DNA of 64,000 bases from a virus. The first letter of the stretch is position 1. Every line of letters begins with the position of its first letter. Location: IMG/VR virus record IMGVR_UViG_3300048091_000425; one strand, 5' to 3'. The translations under genes were made by a program, and so were the position numbers. Below are positions 19,472-31,100 of the stretch, piece after piece. Below the pieces are notes generated by a model. It was not told the DNA's origin, made no database searches, and was given only the letters and a program-made list of their open reading frames with translations.

Positions 19472-19870
19472 ATGAACCTCGCCGACCAGGAAGAACTGCA
19501 GCGCCAATTGTCCGCCCTGAAAACGGCAGCGACCAGTCTGGAGCTGTACCTTGAGAAACCGGATGAGGAATACAGCGAGGAAAGCTATGACGCGCTGCTG
19601 GCTGGGCTTATTGGCGTTGCGGCAGACTCCCTGCACCTGGCGACCAAACACCGGGAGGGCTTGAACATCGCCGTCGCACGCCGTGCCCTTCAGCATCAAA
19701 AGGTGATGGAGGCTGGCGCTGCAGCCCTGGAACAGGAAGCGGAGAAGCTTCGCAATCGCGGTAACCATGTCGGCGCTGAGATTTCGATCAACAGCGCCAG
19801 GCTTGTCCGGGAGAAGATCCAAGAACTGACGGTTAACGAGCGGCGGGCCAGCCTGAAGCTGGTCAGGTAG
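19472..19870 (+). CDS. Coiled-coil hypothetical protein
   Basis: 132 aa helical ORF, RBS AGGA. Confidence 0.6.
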   Translation: MNLADQEELQRQLSALKTAATSLELYLEKPDEEYSEESYDALLAGLIGVAADSLHLATKHREGLNIAVARRALQHQKVMEAGAAALEQEAEKLRNRGNHVGAEISINSARLVREKIQELTVNERRASLKLVR

Positions 19871-19881
19871 CCCGCAGCGCA

Positions 19882-20577
19882 TCATTCCATCAACAGCGGA
19901 CGTAGCACCATCAGCGTGAGGGTGTTCCCGACAGGTTGGCCAGAAGGTGCGATCTCCGGCCAGGCCGTTGCGATGCCTTCCCCGCCGCTGATCACCACCA
20001 GGTGCTTCACGTAGGGATTACTTTCGACCTGTCGAGCTTCCTCAACAGTCCAGCAACTGCTCATCCGCTGCTGCCAATCGCGCATTGCGAAGTTCGAATC
20101 GAACGACACCCAAGATTGCGGGGGATTTCCCGGCAAGGTCTGGACTGAGGCCATTGGCGAAATGGGTTCAGCTTCATGCTTACTCGCATCACAGGTCTTC
20201 TTGACCATGTAACCGGTCGCACCCTGCCCTATTGGCACATCTTGCCCAAACTCTGCGTAGCCAATGGAACTGGTAATAAAGGTCAGTTCACCCTGCTTGC
20301 GCAGGCCATCCATGAGATCTTCGGCCTTCAATGTTTTCGGCAGGATCACTGTCCCAGGCCCTTCAGTGCTCGTTACAGCTCCGATCTTGCTCCAGTCGAT
20401 CACACCTGGGCCATCCGGCATTTTAAAGCTATAGAGGGTCGAGACCAGGCCCACCGAGCGATACAGCACAACACCGGATGACGAAGATTCGCTTAAGGTA
20501 AATGAGGCTTGGCACCCGGCCAGCGTGGTCAGTGCAAAGGCCGCACAGAGCGCAGCGGTCAGTTTCTTGATCTTCAT
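19882..20577 (-). CDS. Lipoprotein, degenerate PilN-type secretin domain
   Basis: Lipobox LAGC; VIDWSKI, LRKQGEL, GQDVPIG, TLTLMVLRP motifs. Confidence 0.55.
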   Translation of the reverse strand: MKIKKLTAALCAAFALTTLAGCQASFTLSESSSSGVVLYRSVGLVSTLYSFKMPDGPGVIDWSKIGAVTSTEGPGTVILPKTLKAEDLMDGLRKQGELTFITSSIGYAEFGQDVPIGQGATGYMVKKTCDASKHEAEPISPMASVQTLPGNPPQSWVSFDSNFAMRDWQQRMSSCWTVEEARQVESNPYVKHLVVISGGEGIATAWPEIAPSGQPVGNTLTLMVLRPLLME

Positions 20578-20654
20578 GAGTGCTTCCGTACGGGTTGAGG
20601 GGTTGAAGCCAGCGATGCAGCCGCTGGCAAGCCTACCTTCGGTAGAAAGGTCGA

Positions 20655-21491
20655 TTAATCGGCTGGAACGATCTGGATCAAGACCACAGTCACTTCGTTC
20701 GATTTGGCATCTTCCGCGTAACGCGAGCTTGAGTTAATCGATTTCAGGTGGAAGCCAGAGACCGCCAATGTCTGTCCTTGCTCAAGCACCGTCATAGCGG
20801 CATGACGATTAACCGGGAGCTCTTCATCGGTCACGGTTTGGACAGTGGTCACTGCCGGGCGACGGTACTCCGACAACTCATCCGCGTCACCGTAACCAGT
20901 ACGTGGCACCTCATGCTCCTGGCAGATCACCCTATGAACCTTGCCGGAAAACTCGATGTTGTAACTGACGATAACCTTTTCCTGTCTACCCGCTGTCGGA
21001 GTTACTTTCACTCGCTCCCGCATTTGAATAAAACCAGGCTCAACCTGAACACCTAAGCATTCCTTAGCAGTTATGGCCGTAACGGTGTCCTTATCAAACG
21101 GCATCGGACTACCGTTCCCGCCTACGAGCACATCGCTCTCCGTCGCTTTTTCCACTTTGCCTTGTTTAGAAAGGGCATCTTCGAAGGCGGTAGTGCTCAG
21201 ATTGCTGCTGAGCAGTGCTTCGGTCAGGTCGCCTTCCTGATCACGCTTGTAGGTATTACGCAGCGTCAGCTCGACCCCATGGTCAATTTGTCGTGCATCT
21301 TCCCGGAACCGGCTCCAGTCCACATCGGTGGCTCGGGAATCGTTGAGTGTCACTTTGAAGGTCAACACCCTGGTGTTGTAGGTCGCCGTGTAGTGTTCCT
21401 GCTTGGTATGAATTATGGCATACGCATTACTGGCGGCCAGTAACAGGGTCAGGGCGGCCAGCGCAGCTGCCGTCAATTTTCGGAAATTCAT
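20655..21491 (-). CDS. Secreted PilN-type secretin-domain-only protein
   Basis: Sec signal (AYA); DVDWSR, ALSKQGKV, NGSPMPF, QGQTLAVSGF, VVLIQIVP. Confidence 0.7.
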   Translation of the reverse strand: MNFRKLTAAALAALTLLLAASNAYAIIHTKQEHYTATYNTRVLTFKVTLNDSRATDVDWSRFREDARQIDHGVELTLRNTYKRDQEGDLTEALLSSNLSTTAFEDALSKQGKVEKATESDVLVGGNGSPMPFDKDTVTAITAKECLGVQVEPGFIQMRERVKVTPTAGRQEKVIVSYNIEFSGKVHRVICQEHEVPRTGYGDADELSEYRRPAVTTVQTVTDEELPVNRHAAMTVLEQGQTLAVSGFHLKSINSSSRYAEDAKSNEVTVVLIQIVPAD

Positions 21492-21569
21492 GATCTTTTC
21501 TCCTGGTGCACCACGGAAAAAGGCACGCGAGCCATAAAGCCCACCTGCCCTGCTTGCCCCAATGCGTGA

Positions 21570-22352
21570 TTACTGGCGGATGGTTGGCTTGATCACCACG
21601 ATCTTGATTTCGTTGTCAGCATTGTCCGCATAGCTCTGGGTCACCGGATCCATCACCTGCTCACGCAGCCCTGAAACGACCACGGAGTTCCCTTTAAGGA
21701 CTGTCGATGCCGACACGCGCTTCATACCGTGTGCACCCGGCAGGATGCTTCGAGTGTCCGTATCAGGGCAGCCTGGTATCAAAATCTCCGGGGTGAACTT
21801 GATCTCGTAGGTCAACAGAATGTTGTCCTCGCTACGAATCAATGGATTCAGTGTGATGGCTTGGGTTGACGAGAACTTGCCGGGCGCCAGCTCGTCCTGG
21901 TGACACAACGGCAACTTCAGAAAAGCTCGAGAGGCGGTGTAGCCCAACTTCATATCCAGGCCGTTTACGGTCGTGGCATGGGTGGACTCGGTTACAACCT
22001 TTCCCTGATGCTCTAACGCTTTACGGAAGATCTCCGGGGTAACTTCCGCACTCAGGTGGACTTCCTGGCTCTGGGCGTAGCTGCTCTTGAAATTCCCGCG
22101 CATCAGGATTTGAGCACCCGATGCTTGCGCCAGGATGTCATTTTCCAGGCGCTGCCAGTCAACGTCCGGGGCCTTGGAGTCTTTCAGCGTCACGCTGTAG
22201 ATGTCAAAATCGATATCCACGTTGGCCTGTGGGATGGCTGACTCAGCCACTGGAGGCTTGGTAGTGGCCGGCGAATGGAGCATCTGACACCCTGCCGAAA
22301 CTGCCAGGGCCAGGACAGCCAGAGCACTTGCTGCGAACTTGATAGCCTTCAT
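21570..22352 (-). CDS. Lipoprotein, PilN-type secretin-domain-only protein
   Basis: Lipobox SAGC; DVDWQRL, ALEHQGKV, SVVVSGL, IVVIKPTI. Confidence 0.7.
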   Translation of the reverse strand: MKAIKFAASALAVLALAVSAGCQMLHSPATTKPPVAESAIPQANVDIDFDIYSVTLKDSKAPDVDWQRLENDILAQASGAQILMRGNFKSSYAQSQEVHLSAEVTPEIFRKALEHQGKVVTESTHATTVNGLDMKLGYTASRAFLKLPLCHQDELAPGKFSSTQAITLNPLIRSEDNILLTYEIKFTPEILIPGCPDTDTRSILPGAHGMKRVSASTVLKGNSVVVSGLREQVMDPVTQSYADNADNEIKIVVIKPTIRQ

Positions 22353-22390
22353 GTGAATTCCGCTTGAATGAAATGGTTGGTCTAAGCCAA

Positions 22391-22421
22391 TAAAAGGCGG
22401 GCGAGCCTTTATGCTCGCCTT
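22391..22421 (-). terminator. Intrinsic terminator
   Basis: GGCGAGC/GCTCGCC stem followed by a T-tract on the minus strand. Confidence 0.55.
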
Positions 22422-22439
22422 CCTTCCTCGTCTAAATGA

Positions 22440-23216
22440 CTACTTCTTGCCGATGGTGGGCGTGACGACCACGATCTGTACTTCGTTGTCCGGGCCGTCG
22501 GCGTAGGTCTTAGTCTTTGGATCCTTGATCTGCATACGCAGGCCAGACACTGCCATGGACTCCCCTTGGGGGATGAGCGTTATAGACGTGCGTTCTGTGA
22601 TCTGGCTATCGGGGGCGGTAATGGCTAGCGGCAGGTCTTCGGCATTAGCCGGCGAGATTTCCAAGCCTGAGCTTATCGCGTAGTACATCCAAACGTCGCC
22701 AGTCCCGCGAATCACCGGCATAAACTTCATTGCTCTCGAAGACTTCGCGGTTCCCGGTGCTGCGGCCAAAATGCTGCAATGCGGAGGTACCATGCCTGAA
22801 GTGGTGGTTTCCCAGCCCGACGAAAGCGTGCTGTTAACCGCATGGATCTGGTGAGGGTCAGTCTCTTTTGCCAATTCACCTTGTCGGGCCAACGCTTTGC
22901 GCATGACCGCAGGGGTCACATCGGCGGTGAGGTGAATTTCCTGGCTCTGATTGAATTCGCCTTTGTAGAAATCGCGAATCGTCACGCCAGCAGCCGGAAC
23001 CTGGGCCAGGATGTCCTGTTTCAGACGATCCCAGTCAACATCCGTGGCCTTAGGGTCTTTCAGCTTCAGAAAGTACGAGGTGGCCTCAATGCTGACGTCG
23101 GTTGCAGTCACAGGCGCCAGATTTTCATGACGTGGCGCATGAAACACCTGACAACCTGAAGAGACAGCCAGGGCCAGGAGGGTCAGAGCACTTGCGGCGA
23201 ACTTGATTGCTTTCAT
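22440..23216 (-). CDS. Lipoprotein, PilN-type secretin-domain-only protein
   Basis: True start MKAIKFAASAL (near-identical signal peptide to 21570-22352); lipobox SSGC; DVDWDRL, ALARQGEL, GESMAVSGL. Confidence 0.7.
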   Translation of the reverse strand: MKAIKFAASALTLLALAVSSGCQVFHAPRHENLAPVTATDVSIEATSYFLKLKDPKATDVDWDRLKQDILAQVPAAGVTIRDFYKGEFNQSQEIHLTADVTPAVMRKALARQGELAKETDPHQIHAVNSTLSSGWETTTSGMVPPHCSILAAAPGTAKSSRAMKFMPVIRGTGDVWMYYAISSGLEISPANAEDLPLAITAPDSQITERTSITLIPQGESMAVSGLRMQIKDPKTKTYADGPDNEVQIVVVTPTIGKK

Positions 23217-23259
23217 GGGCATTTCCAGTGGTTTGAAAATCAGTGGGCGCTGAGGCGAA

Positions 23260-26010
23260 CTACCAGCCTGGTGGGTACGACGGATAGGAGATCCAGAACG
23301 ATATTGAGCTTGAGGCGTTTGCCGGGCCCCAGATGTAAATCCCGGTGGTGTGTAGGTAATACACCGGCTGATCGTCGATCTGGCCAATCACTTCGGGATT
23401 TCGCCCTCGGCCTTCATAGACTTTGAGGATATCGCAGGCCCTGAAGGTGTCCTCGTAGACATTCTCTGCCACCAGTTGCGCAGGCGTGGCATCGAGGTCG
23501 ACGTCTGGCCTAGGAGTAATCCCCTCGACCTGCTCGAACGCCCGAGCTCGCAGCCAGATCCACCATTCCGGTGGCAATTTCTGGTCAATATGAGTCAGGA
23601 CAATGGTGCGAAAATCAGCAAACTGCTCGGGGGTTATCTGCAACTTCAGCGGCTCCAGGAAACGGCAGCACCCTGTAACCAGGGCAATAGGAGTATCTGT
23701 GGTTGATGCTGGGCGACTCAGGCAAAGACTTTCTCAAGCCAGGCATCGTCAACGTCTTCAACGCTCAGGGGTTCTTTGCTGCTCATGAGCTTCTTCACAA
23801 TCGCGGACGTCCAGGGTTGGCTCGCCGCCATCAACTGCTGCGCTTCGCTCAGGGCCTTACGGCACTGATGACCTTTCTCGATTTGGTCGTTGACGGCTGC
23901 GGCCTGGGCCTTGAGGCCTTTGAGTGCGTTATAGGCTTGTTCAGGCAAGGACTTGTCCATCGGGGACACCTCTTTGTTCAAATGGCTTTGACTGGCTCAG
24001 CTGAAGCACTAGCGCTGGTGGAGAATGGTGGCCACGCTAAATATGCCGACCAGTATCAGCACGGTCACAATGTGGGCCATCACACGGGGCGCCTTGAATC
24101 TAAACTTGAGGATCCGGTGGGCGATCAACAGCGTGAACACGGGCGACAGGCTGAGGAGCCCGAGGATTGAGGCCACGTGAGCCGGCAGCAATGTCAACAG
24201 CTGGTCGATGACGCCGCTCATGCCGCCCTGTCCTCGCTGGCGCTGGTCACCAGCTCGGTCTTGATCAGTTTCTTGGCATCGCGCTTGGCCTGCAGGCGGT
24301 CGTGCTTCGGCGCCTTGGAGTCCTTGCACTTGTGGCCATGGTCAGAACCGGTGCGGGCATCGAGAAACGTACAGATACCGCCGCTGAAGGTGCCTTTGAT
24401 CTTTAGGAAGCTGACGCAGCCACCACAATCAGACATTGTCCTCTCCTTGAGCCGTAGCAACGATCCCGGTGTCATCCAGGGAGAATTGCATCATGGAACG
24501 GTAAATTTCTTGATCCCTTTTTGGATCGCGCACTAAACCCAGATCAAGCGGTTTCAGGGTCGGAACGGTGTAACTCGGCTGCGGCAGAGTTTCTTTCAGC
24601 AGTTCACCGTTGGCCATCACGAATCGGCCATTGAGCTTGACCTCCCGCATAGCCGATCTGTAGATCGCATTAACGACCTGGTCTGGCACAAACCTGACAC
24701 CCCTCACCTGCAACTCCGCCTGGCGCAGCTGGTGCTTGATGAAGGTCTCATTGCCTTTGATAACAGCGTCGAGGTATTGCTCGAGCCTCTTGCGACCGTC
24801 CTGGGACGGGGTCGTTTGGGGCAGCAGCGAGGAGATCGAGAACGGCATGACACCGATGGTGCCGACTTTAAGCGTCCGCCGCTGTTCAACCCGCTCGCGC
24901 AGGGCAGCAGCATTGAACGGCTTGCCATTAGATCCGGACGAGGTCTTGCCGGTCTTTGAGCCACGGGCATCATCGGTGCTGTGCATGTTCAATACCCCTC
25001 ATAAGTTTCAGCGGTTGATCTGTCCAAGCTTAATCCCATGTGATGTTCGCTTGAAAGCCTTCGGCTTCCTTCTCGGCAGCATTGATCTCCGCCGTCGTCC
25101 ATTGTTCCGATTTGAGGCCTTGGCGGGAGTGATCGTGCGTGATTTCGCCGCTGCTCCACATCACATCGTACTGCTCATAGGCCGTACCAACGAAGTCGGG
25201 GCTACCGAAGTCGCAAGAACGACGATTGACCGCTACACGGGCAATCTGGCCAATCTCACGGCCCAACGATGGATCGAACAGGGCAACATCGCGGGAGACC
25301 AGCTGGTTTTCGCGGTACGGCTGCTGATCAGGGTCGAGATTGATGGCGTAAGGTAGTCCGGGCATCAGTGAAATTCCGTAAAAGGCAATATTGAGCATTT
25401 GTTCTTAAAATCAGGCCTTCTGACAGGACTTCAGGTTGTTCAAGTAAGCATAACGACTGCGGACTTCGCCAAGGCGCCCTTCATAACGCGTCTTGAGCGT
25501 GTCAAAGCAGGTGTTCAATTGAGCCACTTGGCTGTCATCCAGAGTGCTGTCTTGTGGTTTGGAGACAAAACGCTCTTGGGCGAAGCTCAGCAGCAACAGT
25601 AGATCCGGGTCTTGCATCGACGTCAGGGCCTGCATCAGGTGGGCATCCTGGTCGCGGGGGGCGCCGGCCTGTGCGTAAGCGGTCATCAGCAGGACATTGG
25701 TCAGCGGCAAGCCCGACTTGGCCATGTCACGCAGCATCAGCACGTCGGCGAAGGTGCCATCCTGCAGATGGTTGAACACCCGAAGTGCATTGCGTTCTGC
25801 GGGAATCCGGGCCTCCATTTTCTCCACGACCTGCTTGTCCACGTAGTGCGAACTAATGGCAGAGGCCATAACGCACACGCCGAAAGTAGCCATCGAGAAA
25901 ATGCTGATGGACGCTACCAGGGACGTATATTTTGGTGAGCTCTGGGCCATGACGTGTACCGGATGTTTTAAGAAGGCGACCAGTATAGACACAAAAACAA
26001 CTTGCATCAA
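23260..26010 (-). other. Run of hypothetical genes (23260-23643, 23718-23981, small membrane ORF ~24009-24220, Cys-rich 24218-24435, 24429-24992, 25030-25398, TM protein 25411-26010)
   Basis: Co-oriented coupled ORFs. Confidence 0.5.
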
Positions 26011-26132
26011 TTGACATCATCCGTGGTAAAAAACACCCGCCACCCTTCCCCGTCAGGCTTTCTAGTCCAACCGGACACGCTCATTGGAGGCTTGAAGTGA
26101 GGCCGACCGCTGTTGGCAGCCGGCCAATTCGA

Positions 26133-27056
26133 TCAGCCCTGGACTTTCAATCGCACGAACTCTTTGGAGGCATGCTTAACGGTGATTTCCAGGCGATTCT
26201 CGACCCTCACCGCCTCAGCCGAAACAATGGTCTTGGAGATGAAATTGCGAGCGATGTCGCGATCTGGCCGGCGATCCGTACGCACAACGCCGGATTTCTG
26301 ATCGGTTTCCAGCAGATCAAAAACCTGCATCGTCATATAACCATGATTTTCATAGCATTTTGGCGAGAGATTGTTTTCTTGAGCTTCCTGGATGTAGAAG
26401 GCAGGTAAAGCATCGAGGTATGCCATAAGCGCTTGCTGATCGACGTATTCGTTATCGATCAGAGTCAGATATGCGTCCAACGGCATGTGATCTTTAAACC
26501 ATGCCACTGATAGCACGCAGGCTCCAGCATCACGCATGGAGATTGCGCCAGCGATGAGTGGCTTGAGCATGACCATGGCTCGCGATTGCCAAAATTGCCC
26601 ATCGCCCTGGCCTTCCGCACGGAAAACCCAACCGGTGAAAAAGTCGGTTAGCTCATCGGCAGTGCACGTGCTCCAGCGTACATGCTGATGCGATTTTGCG
26701 AATTTGGCGAGTTTCAGCTGCTCAGCAGTCGAGTACCGAGGACGACTGAAAAAGCGGGTGACGTTGGGGATCAGGTAGTCCTCGCAGTAAGGCCTGATAT
26801 TCAGCCTGACCGACTGCTCGTTGTAACTGACCTCAAACTCGGAGGAATCAAGATCTTTCAAGTCAAACGTGAGAACGGTTGAGTCTGGGGATGAGGAAAC
26901 TTCGAACTGCGGCCAATCAGCCACATCCGCCGCCTTTTCGATGACTTTGGCGGACTCCTTAAGAATCGTTGAGATACCGCTTGCCGACTGCTTTAGCAGC
27001 GTAGAAGTGCCAACAGCCATCAGTTGAACAAACTCTTTTGCGAATGAATTACTCAT
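26133..27056 (-). CDS. DotL/IcmO/TrbC all-alpha-domain-like module within an HSP20-like fold, paralogue A
   Basis: GDGQFWQSRA..MRDAGA..L.AYLDALPAFY..ENHGYMTMQ matches the DotL GDMWKGRA..MRDEGA..YL.TLPGY..EQHGFITMQ pattern; no Walker A or TM. Confidence 0.6.
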   Translation of the reverse strand: MSNSFAKEFVQLMAVGTSTLLKQSASGISTILKESAKVIEKAADVADWPQFEVSSSPDSTVLTFDLKDLDSSEFEVSYNEQSVRLNIRPYCEDYLIPNVTRFFSRPRYSTAEQLKLAKFAKSHQHVRWSTCTADELTDFFTGWVFRAEGQGDGQFWQSRAMVMLKPLIAGAISMRDAGACVLSVAWFKDHMPLDAYLTLIDNEYVDQQALMAYLDALPAFYIQEAQENNLSPKCYENHGYMTMQVFDLLETDQKSGVVRTDRRPDRDIARNFISKTIVSAEAVRVENRLEITVKHASKEFVRLKVQG

Positions 27057-27093
27057 GAAGGTTTTTACCTTTCTTGTTGTTTTAGTGGAAGAT

Positions 27094-28047
27094 TTACCAG
27101 TGATATGGGATAGCTGAACTGAGCTCCAGTTTTACGAAGTCGTCTGGGGCCGGGTGTGTTAATTCAACGATTAACATCTTGCCGCGCAAATCAGCCTTGG
27201 CCGAAGAGATTGGCTTTCTCGATGGAAAACAGGCTGATGAACTGAAAATGCGCTCACGACGGTACTTGCCAACGCCAGGCGCGTGGTCACGCATAAGGCC
27301 GACCAGTTGCATCAGGACGTAGCCGTGAATCGAGTAGGCCTTTGGCTGTGACTCTGACGGACTTCCTCGCCTGTACCCCGGCAAAGCGTCCAGATACAGC
27401 TTGAATTCGTCAGCATTAAACGACGGTGGGCAGTCGCCCGTGCTGTATTGCTCATACACATCAAGGATCAGATGCTCGAAGAACATTTCAGTGGTGAGCC
27501 TCACGCGGTGCGTATCCCGAAGCCGAATCAATCCCTCGGCCACCGGGGTAACCAGCAGTTTCACTAGATCAGGGAAATTCTGGCTTACGGAAAGCTCCAA
27601 TTCTTCAAACCATCCCGAAATGAGCGCGATCAACTCTGAAGCTCTGCAGTCAGCCCAATGCAGCTCCAAGTTATTCTCCAGGTGGGTGCGCTCACGCACA
27701 GAGAGCTTCTTGTCGGTTTTTCCTAACTTGGCAGGGATCAAAAAACCATGGCAAACAGGATCAACCTCAATCCAGAGCTGCTTGCTGTTGTAGCTCATCC
27801 GCAACTCAGAAGGATCGATATCACCCACCTTGATGGAAAAAATGCTCTTTCCATCGAGATACTCGAACTGGTTTAGGTCGTTTCCCGCACCAGCAGTATC
27901 GACTAACAGATCAGGTAGATTTCTATCATTCATCCAGGGGATTCCGCGAATATTTCGGTGCACTATACCACGGAGATATTGCGAAAGAATTGCCACAGGG
28001 GTGACGGTCAAATACCCGTCAAATAGAAATTCTGGCTCAAAGGTCAA
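27094..28047 (-). CDS. DotL/TrbC all-alpha-domain-like module within an HSP20-like fold, paralogue B
   Basis: YLDALPGY..YSIHGYVLMQ; flanks IKVGDIDPSELRMSYN / AKADLRGKMLIVEL. Confidence 0.55.
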   Translation of the reverse strand: MTFEPEFLFDGYLTVTPVAILSQYLRGIVHRNIRGIPWMNDRNLPDLLVDTAGAGNDLNQFEYLDGKSIFSIKVGDIDPSELRMSYNSKQLWIEVDPVCHGFLIPAKLGKTDKKLSVRERTHLENNLELHWADCRASELIALISGWFEELELSVSQNFPDLVKLLVTPVAEGLIRLRDTHRVRLTTEMFFEHLILDVYEQYSTGDCPPSFNADEFKLYLDALPGYRRGSPSESQPKAYSIHGYVLMQLVGLMRDHAPGVGKYRRERIFSSSACFPSRKPISSAKADLRGKMLIVELTHPAPDDFVKLELSSAIPYHW

Positions 28048-28114
28048 TAAATTCGAGGCTTGGGAGATTTTTTTGAGTGGCCAATCAAATAGCCGTCAAA
28101 CAACTTCTGGAGGC

Positions 28115-31100
28115 TCAACCAGCGCGAAGCACCGGCCACGATTGAAGCGCTTGCTCGGCATCTTTAAAGATACGTGAGAGTCGCAGGGAGCCGCTGTCGC
28201 TGACGCTGACGCTGGCACTTGGGGATCGGGATTGGTTGTAGAGCCTGGTGATCAGGCTGAAGCAGGCTTTGGCGCCCGCCTCGTTGCCCTGTGCCAGGTC
28301 ACGCAGCAACACCTGCAGCTCGTTGCCGACAATGGCGATCAGGGACTGCTCCCGCAGCGGCAGCCCCTCGCCCACCGCGACCAGACTCAAGAGGCCAGGC
28401 GTTCCGGCTGTGCCGCTTTCGCCTGGAGGGCGCTTTCGAACCAGACGGCGTCAGGGGTCAGAAAGTCGGTGACATCGGTATTGCCGGATACACCAATCCA
28501 GCGGTCGCCAACGAAGCGGCAGGCCATCGCCAGAGGCTGGTCACGTTGGTAATCCTGCAACACGACAACGCGGTTATCGTTCGGCACTTCTTCGTTGATT
28601 TTGAACACTTCCATGGTTACTTCCTCATATTGAAGGTACAAACTGCTTACTGCGTGGGTGATCAGGCCGGCGAATTAGCCCCAGCCAAAGTGTTTGGTAA
28701 CAACCTGCATCTGGTCGTACACCGCGTCGTTGTATTCGTCCCAGCCGTCGGGGTCGTCGTCGAACTCCACAGCCGGGGCCGTTGGCATCACCAGTCCCCA
28801 GGTTTCGATGACGATTTGCTCGATCCCCTTACCGTCATGGGATTTCAAGTCCATACAGCCGCCGCTGTCGATGTCCCTGTCGCGGTACGGCTCCATCAGA
28901 ACAGACAGCAGATCCTTGTCCAACTTACCGAGGTCGTACGCAGCAACCACTGATGCCTCGAAAGCGGTGTAGCTCTTATTGCATCCCATTGCGGTTCCCC
29001 ATTTACCAGCAGGTGGTTTCTGTCAGTCCACCAAGCGCGTAAATCAGCCCGTAGATACCCGGCGTACCATGAAGGCAGGCCTCGCATCACTGATGATTGG
29101 CTTGGCCTTCAAACGACCCTTGGCTACCGAGAACTGGATGCTTTGGATTGCGCCATCAACGGTGCAATGCGTGATGAGGTTACGAGACTGCACCGATAAC
29201 GCGAAGGTACGAGCGCCGCTCTCTACGGAGTATCCCATCGCTCGAAGCTGTTCCAAGATGTTCATCCAACGTGTTCCTGTCTTTGAATGTCAATTTTATG
29301 AATAAGTTGAATTTAGCCTTTCGGCCTGCGGGTCAGCATCCAGGCACCGGCCACCACCACGAACAACGCGGCAAAGGTATAGCCGCCAACGCCCAGCAGT
29401 ACCCAGTTTACTTTCGTTGCACTGACATACGGCAGGCAGAGAAAACCGACGCTCATGACTGCCAAATTGCTGTACACAACCCGGTACAGAACTTTGAAGC
29501 TGACGACCTTGCGGGCGATCTGCACTCGCTTGCTCAACCAGCTCTGATTTTTCTGGCCGCGCTCAAGCGGCACCGGCGAGCCAGACGTCATAGCCCTGTC
29601 CACATAGCTGGCCAGGATGTAACGATTCATGTGTCGAAACGGCTCAGGCATCTTCAACGACGGGTAGACCGATTCACACCAGTGCAGTTCTTCGGCAGAC
29701 ACGTGCTTGGACAAGCGATAGATCAACCACATGCACAGCACGTAGGCGATCAGGATCGTGGCCACCGACATGACCGCCAGCGCCAGGCTCAGCTGTGGGG
29801 GCGCCCATGGAGCCAGGCCTAACGCGCAAAGAATGGCAAGAAACATCGGGATGACTGCGCTGTACTTGAGTATGGTCGCCATCTTGGCCACCCACCCTTC
29901 GAAGCGCAGTAGCACCGGGGCGCGTTGACCGAACCCCAGCAAGGACTTGGGGAGAATCCCCAACACCTGGAAATACCTGAACATCAATAAATCACCCATG
30001 AGGTTGCACTCTGGCGGAATTTTCCCACATCCAGGACAAAAGGTCTTCCGGGGTGATCCACAGATCAAACGAGCGACCCGGTTCTTTTTCGCAGTAAAAA
30101 TGCACCGACCAACCTTTGGCGGCCTGTTCCGTTTCATAGATCTCGAAACGAACAACGGGCCCTTTTTGGTCGAGCACGTAGTTGTTCAGCGGATCTGCCA
30201 TGTAGGCTTTGATCAGCTTTTCAAATTGCTCGTGTTTGATCGGGTATGCCGACATGTCCGTATCCTGCCTGGTGCCTTGATGTCATTTCAACATTAAGCG
30301 TAAATTGTCAGCTTGTCAAATCCTACAGATACAAAAAGGCCCCACCCGAAAGAGTGAGGCCTTTCTTTGTGCTCCGATGACCTACCCGCCGCAGAGAGCG
30401 CCTCTGTCATCCACCGGGTTGGCAGCCGCGTGCTTCACCCATTGCGCGTACAGCGCCTTTTGCTCCTCCGAAGCAAACACCAGGTCAACCTCCTGGGCTC
30501 GTTCAGCGGGCAGAGCATCGCGAATTTGCTCAGTCAACTTGAAGAACTCACTCATATCGCCAGCTTTGCCGTCGAGGTAAGTCAACTCGCAGGCGGAAGA
30601 GCTGATTTCGCCCATCGCTCCATCTGTACTGGCCAAAACGGCGGAATGTTGGGACATAGGATTCACATCTTCCACTTTTCCAAGTGCCGACACGAACTCA
30701 AACTCCCCGACCAGCACGCTGATTTCGTCGCCGTCGTCATCCAGCACCAGCATCGACTCATGCTCGTCCGGGGCTTCGTGGATCAGGTAGTCACTGTCGA
30801 TGGTCATCCGGGCGTGGCACCAGCGATCCTCGTCACCGCCGCTGCCCAAGTAACGCACGGTGTCGCCGACCGCCCACACGCGCCAATCAACAACTGGCCG
30901 GATTGGCAATTCAGGTGCTTTATCGGACGTCGCCTGCGGTTTCGCAGCTGCACAGTTTTGGCAAACACCGCCGCTGGCATCCATGAACCCAGCGTCCAAA
31001 GAGCCTTTCGGGTAGCCATCGCCACAACCGCACCAGATCATTTCGGACTGGGCAGACGTGCAACTGTGGCACACCCCCTTATTCGCCAACATGTACCCGG

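Noticed and set aside
21718-21728. 11-nt match to the reverse complement of spacer 3
   Set aside because: Too short and does not extend; no convincing in-window target was found by eye for spacers 1, 3 or 4 (search not exhaustive)
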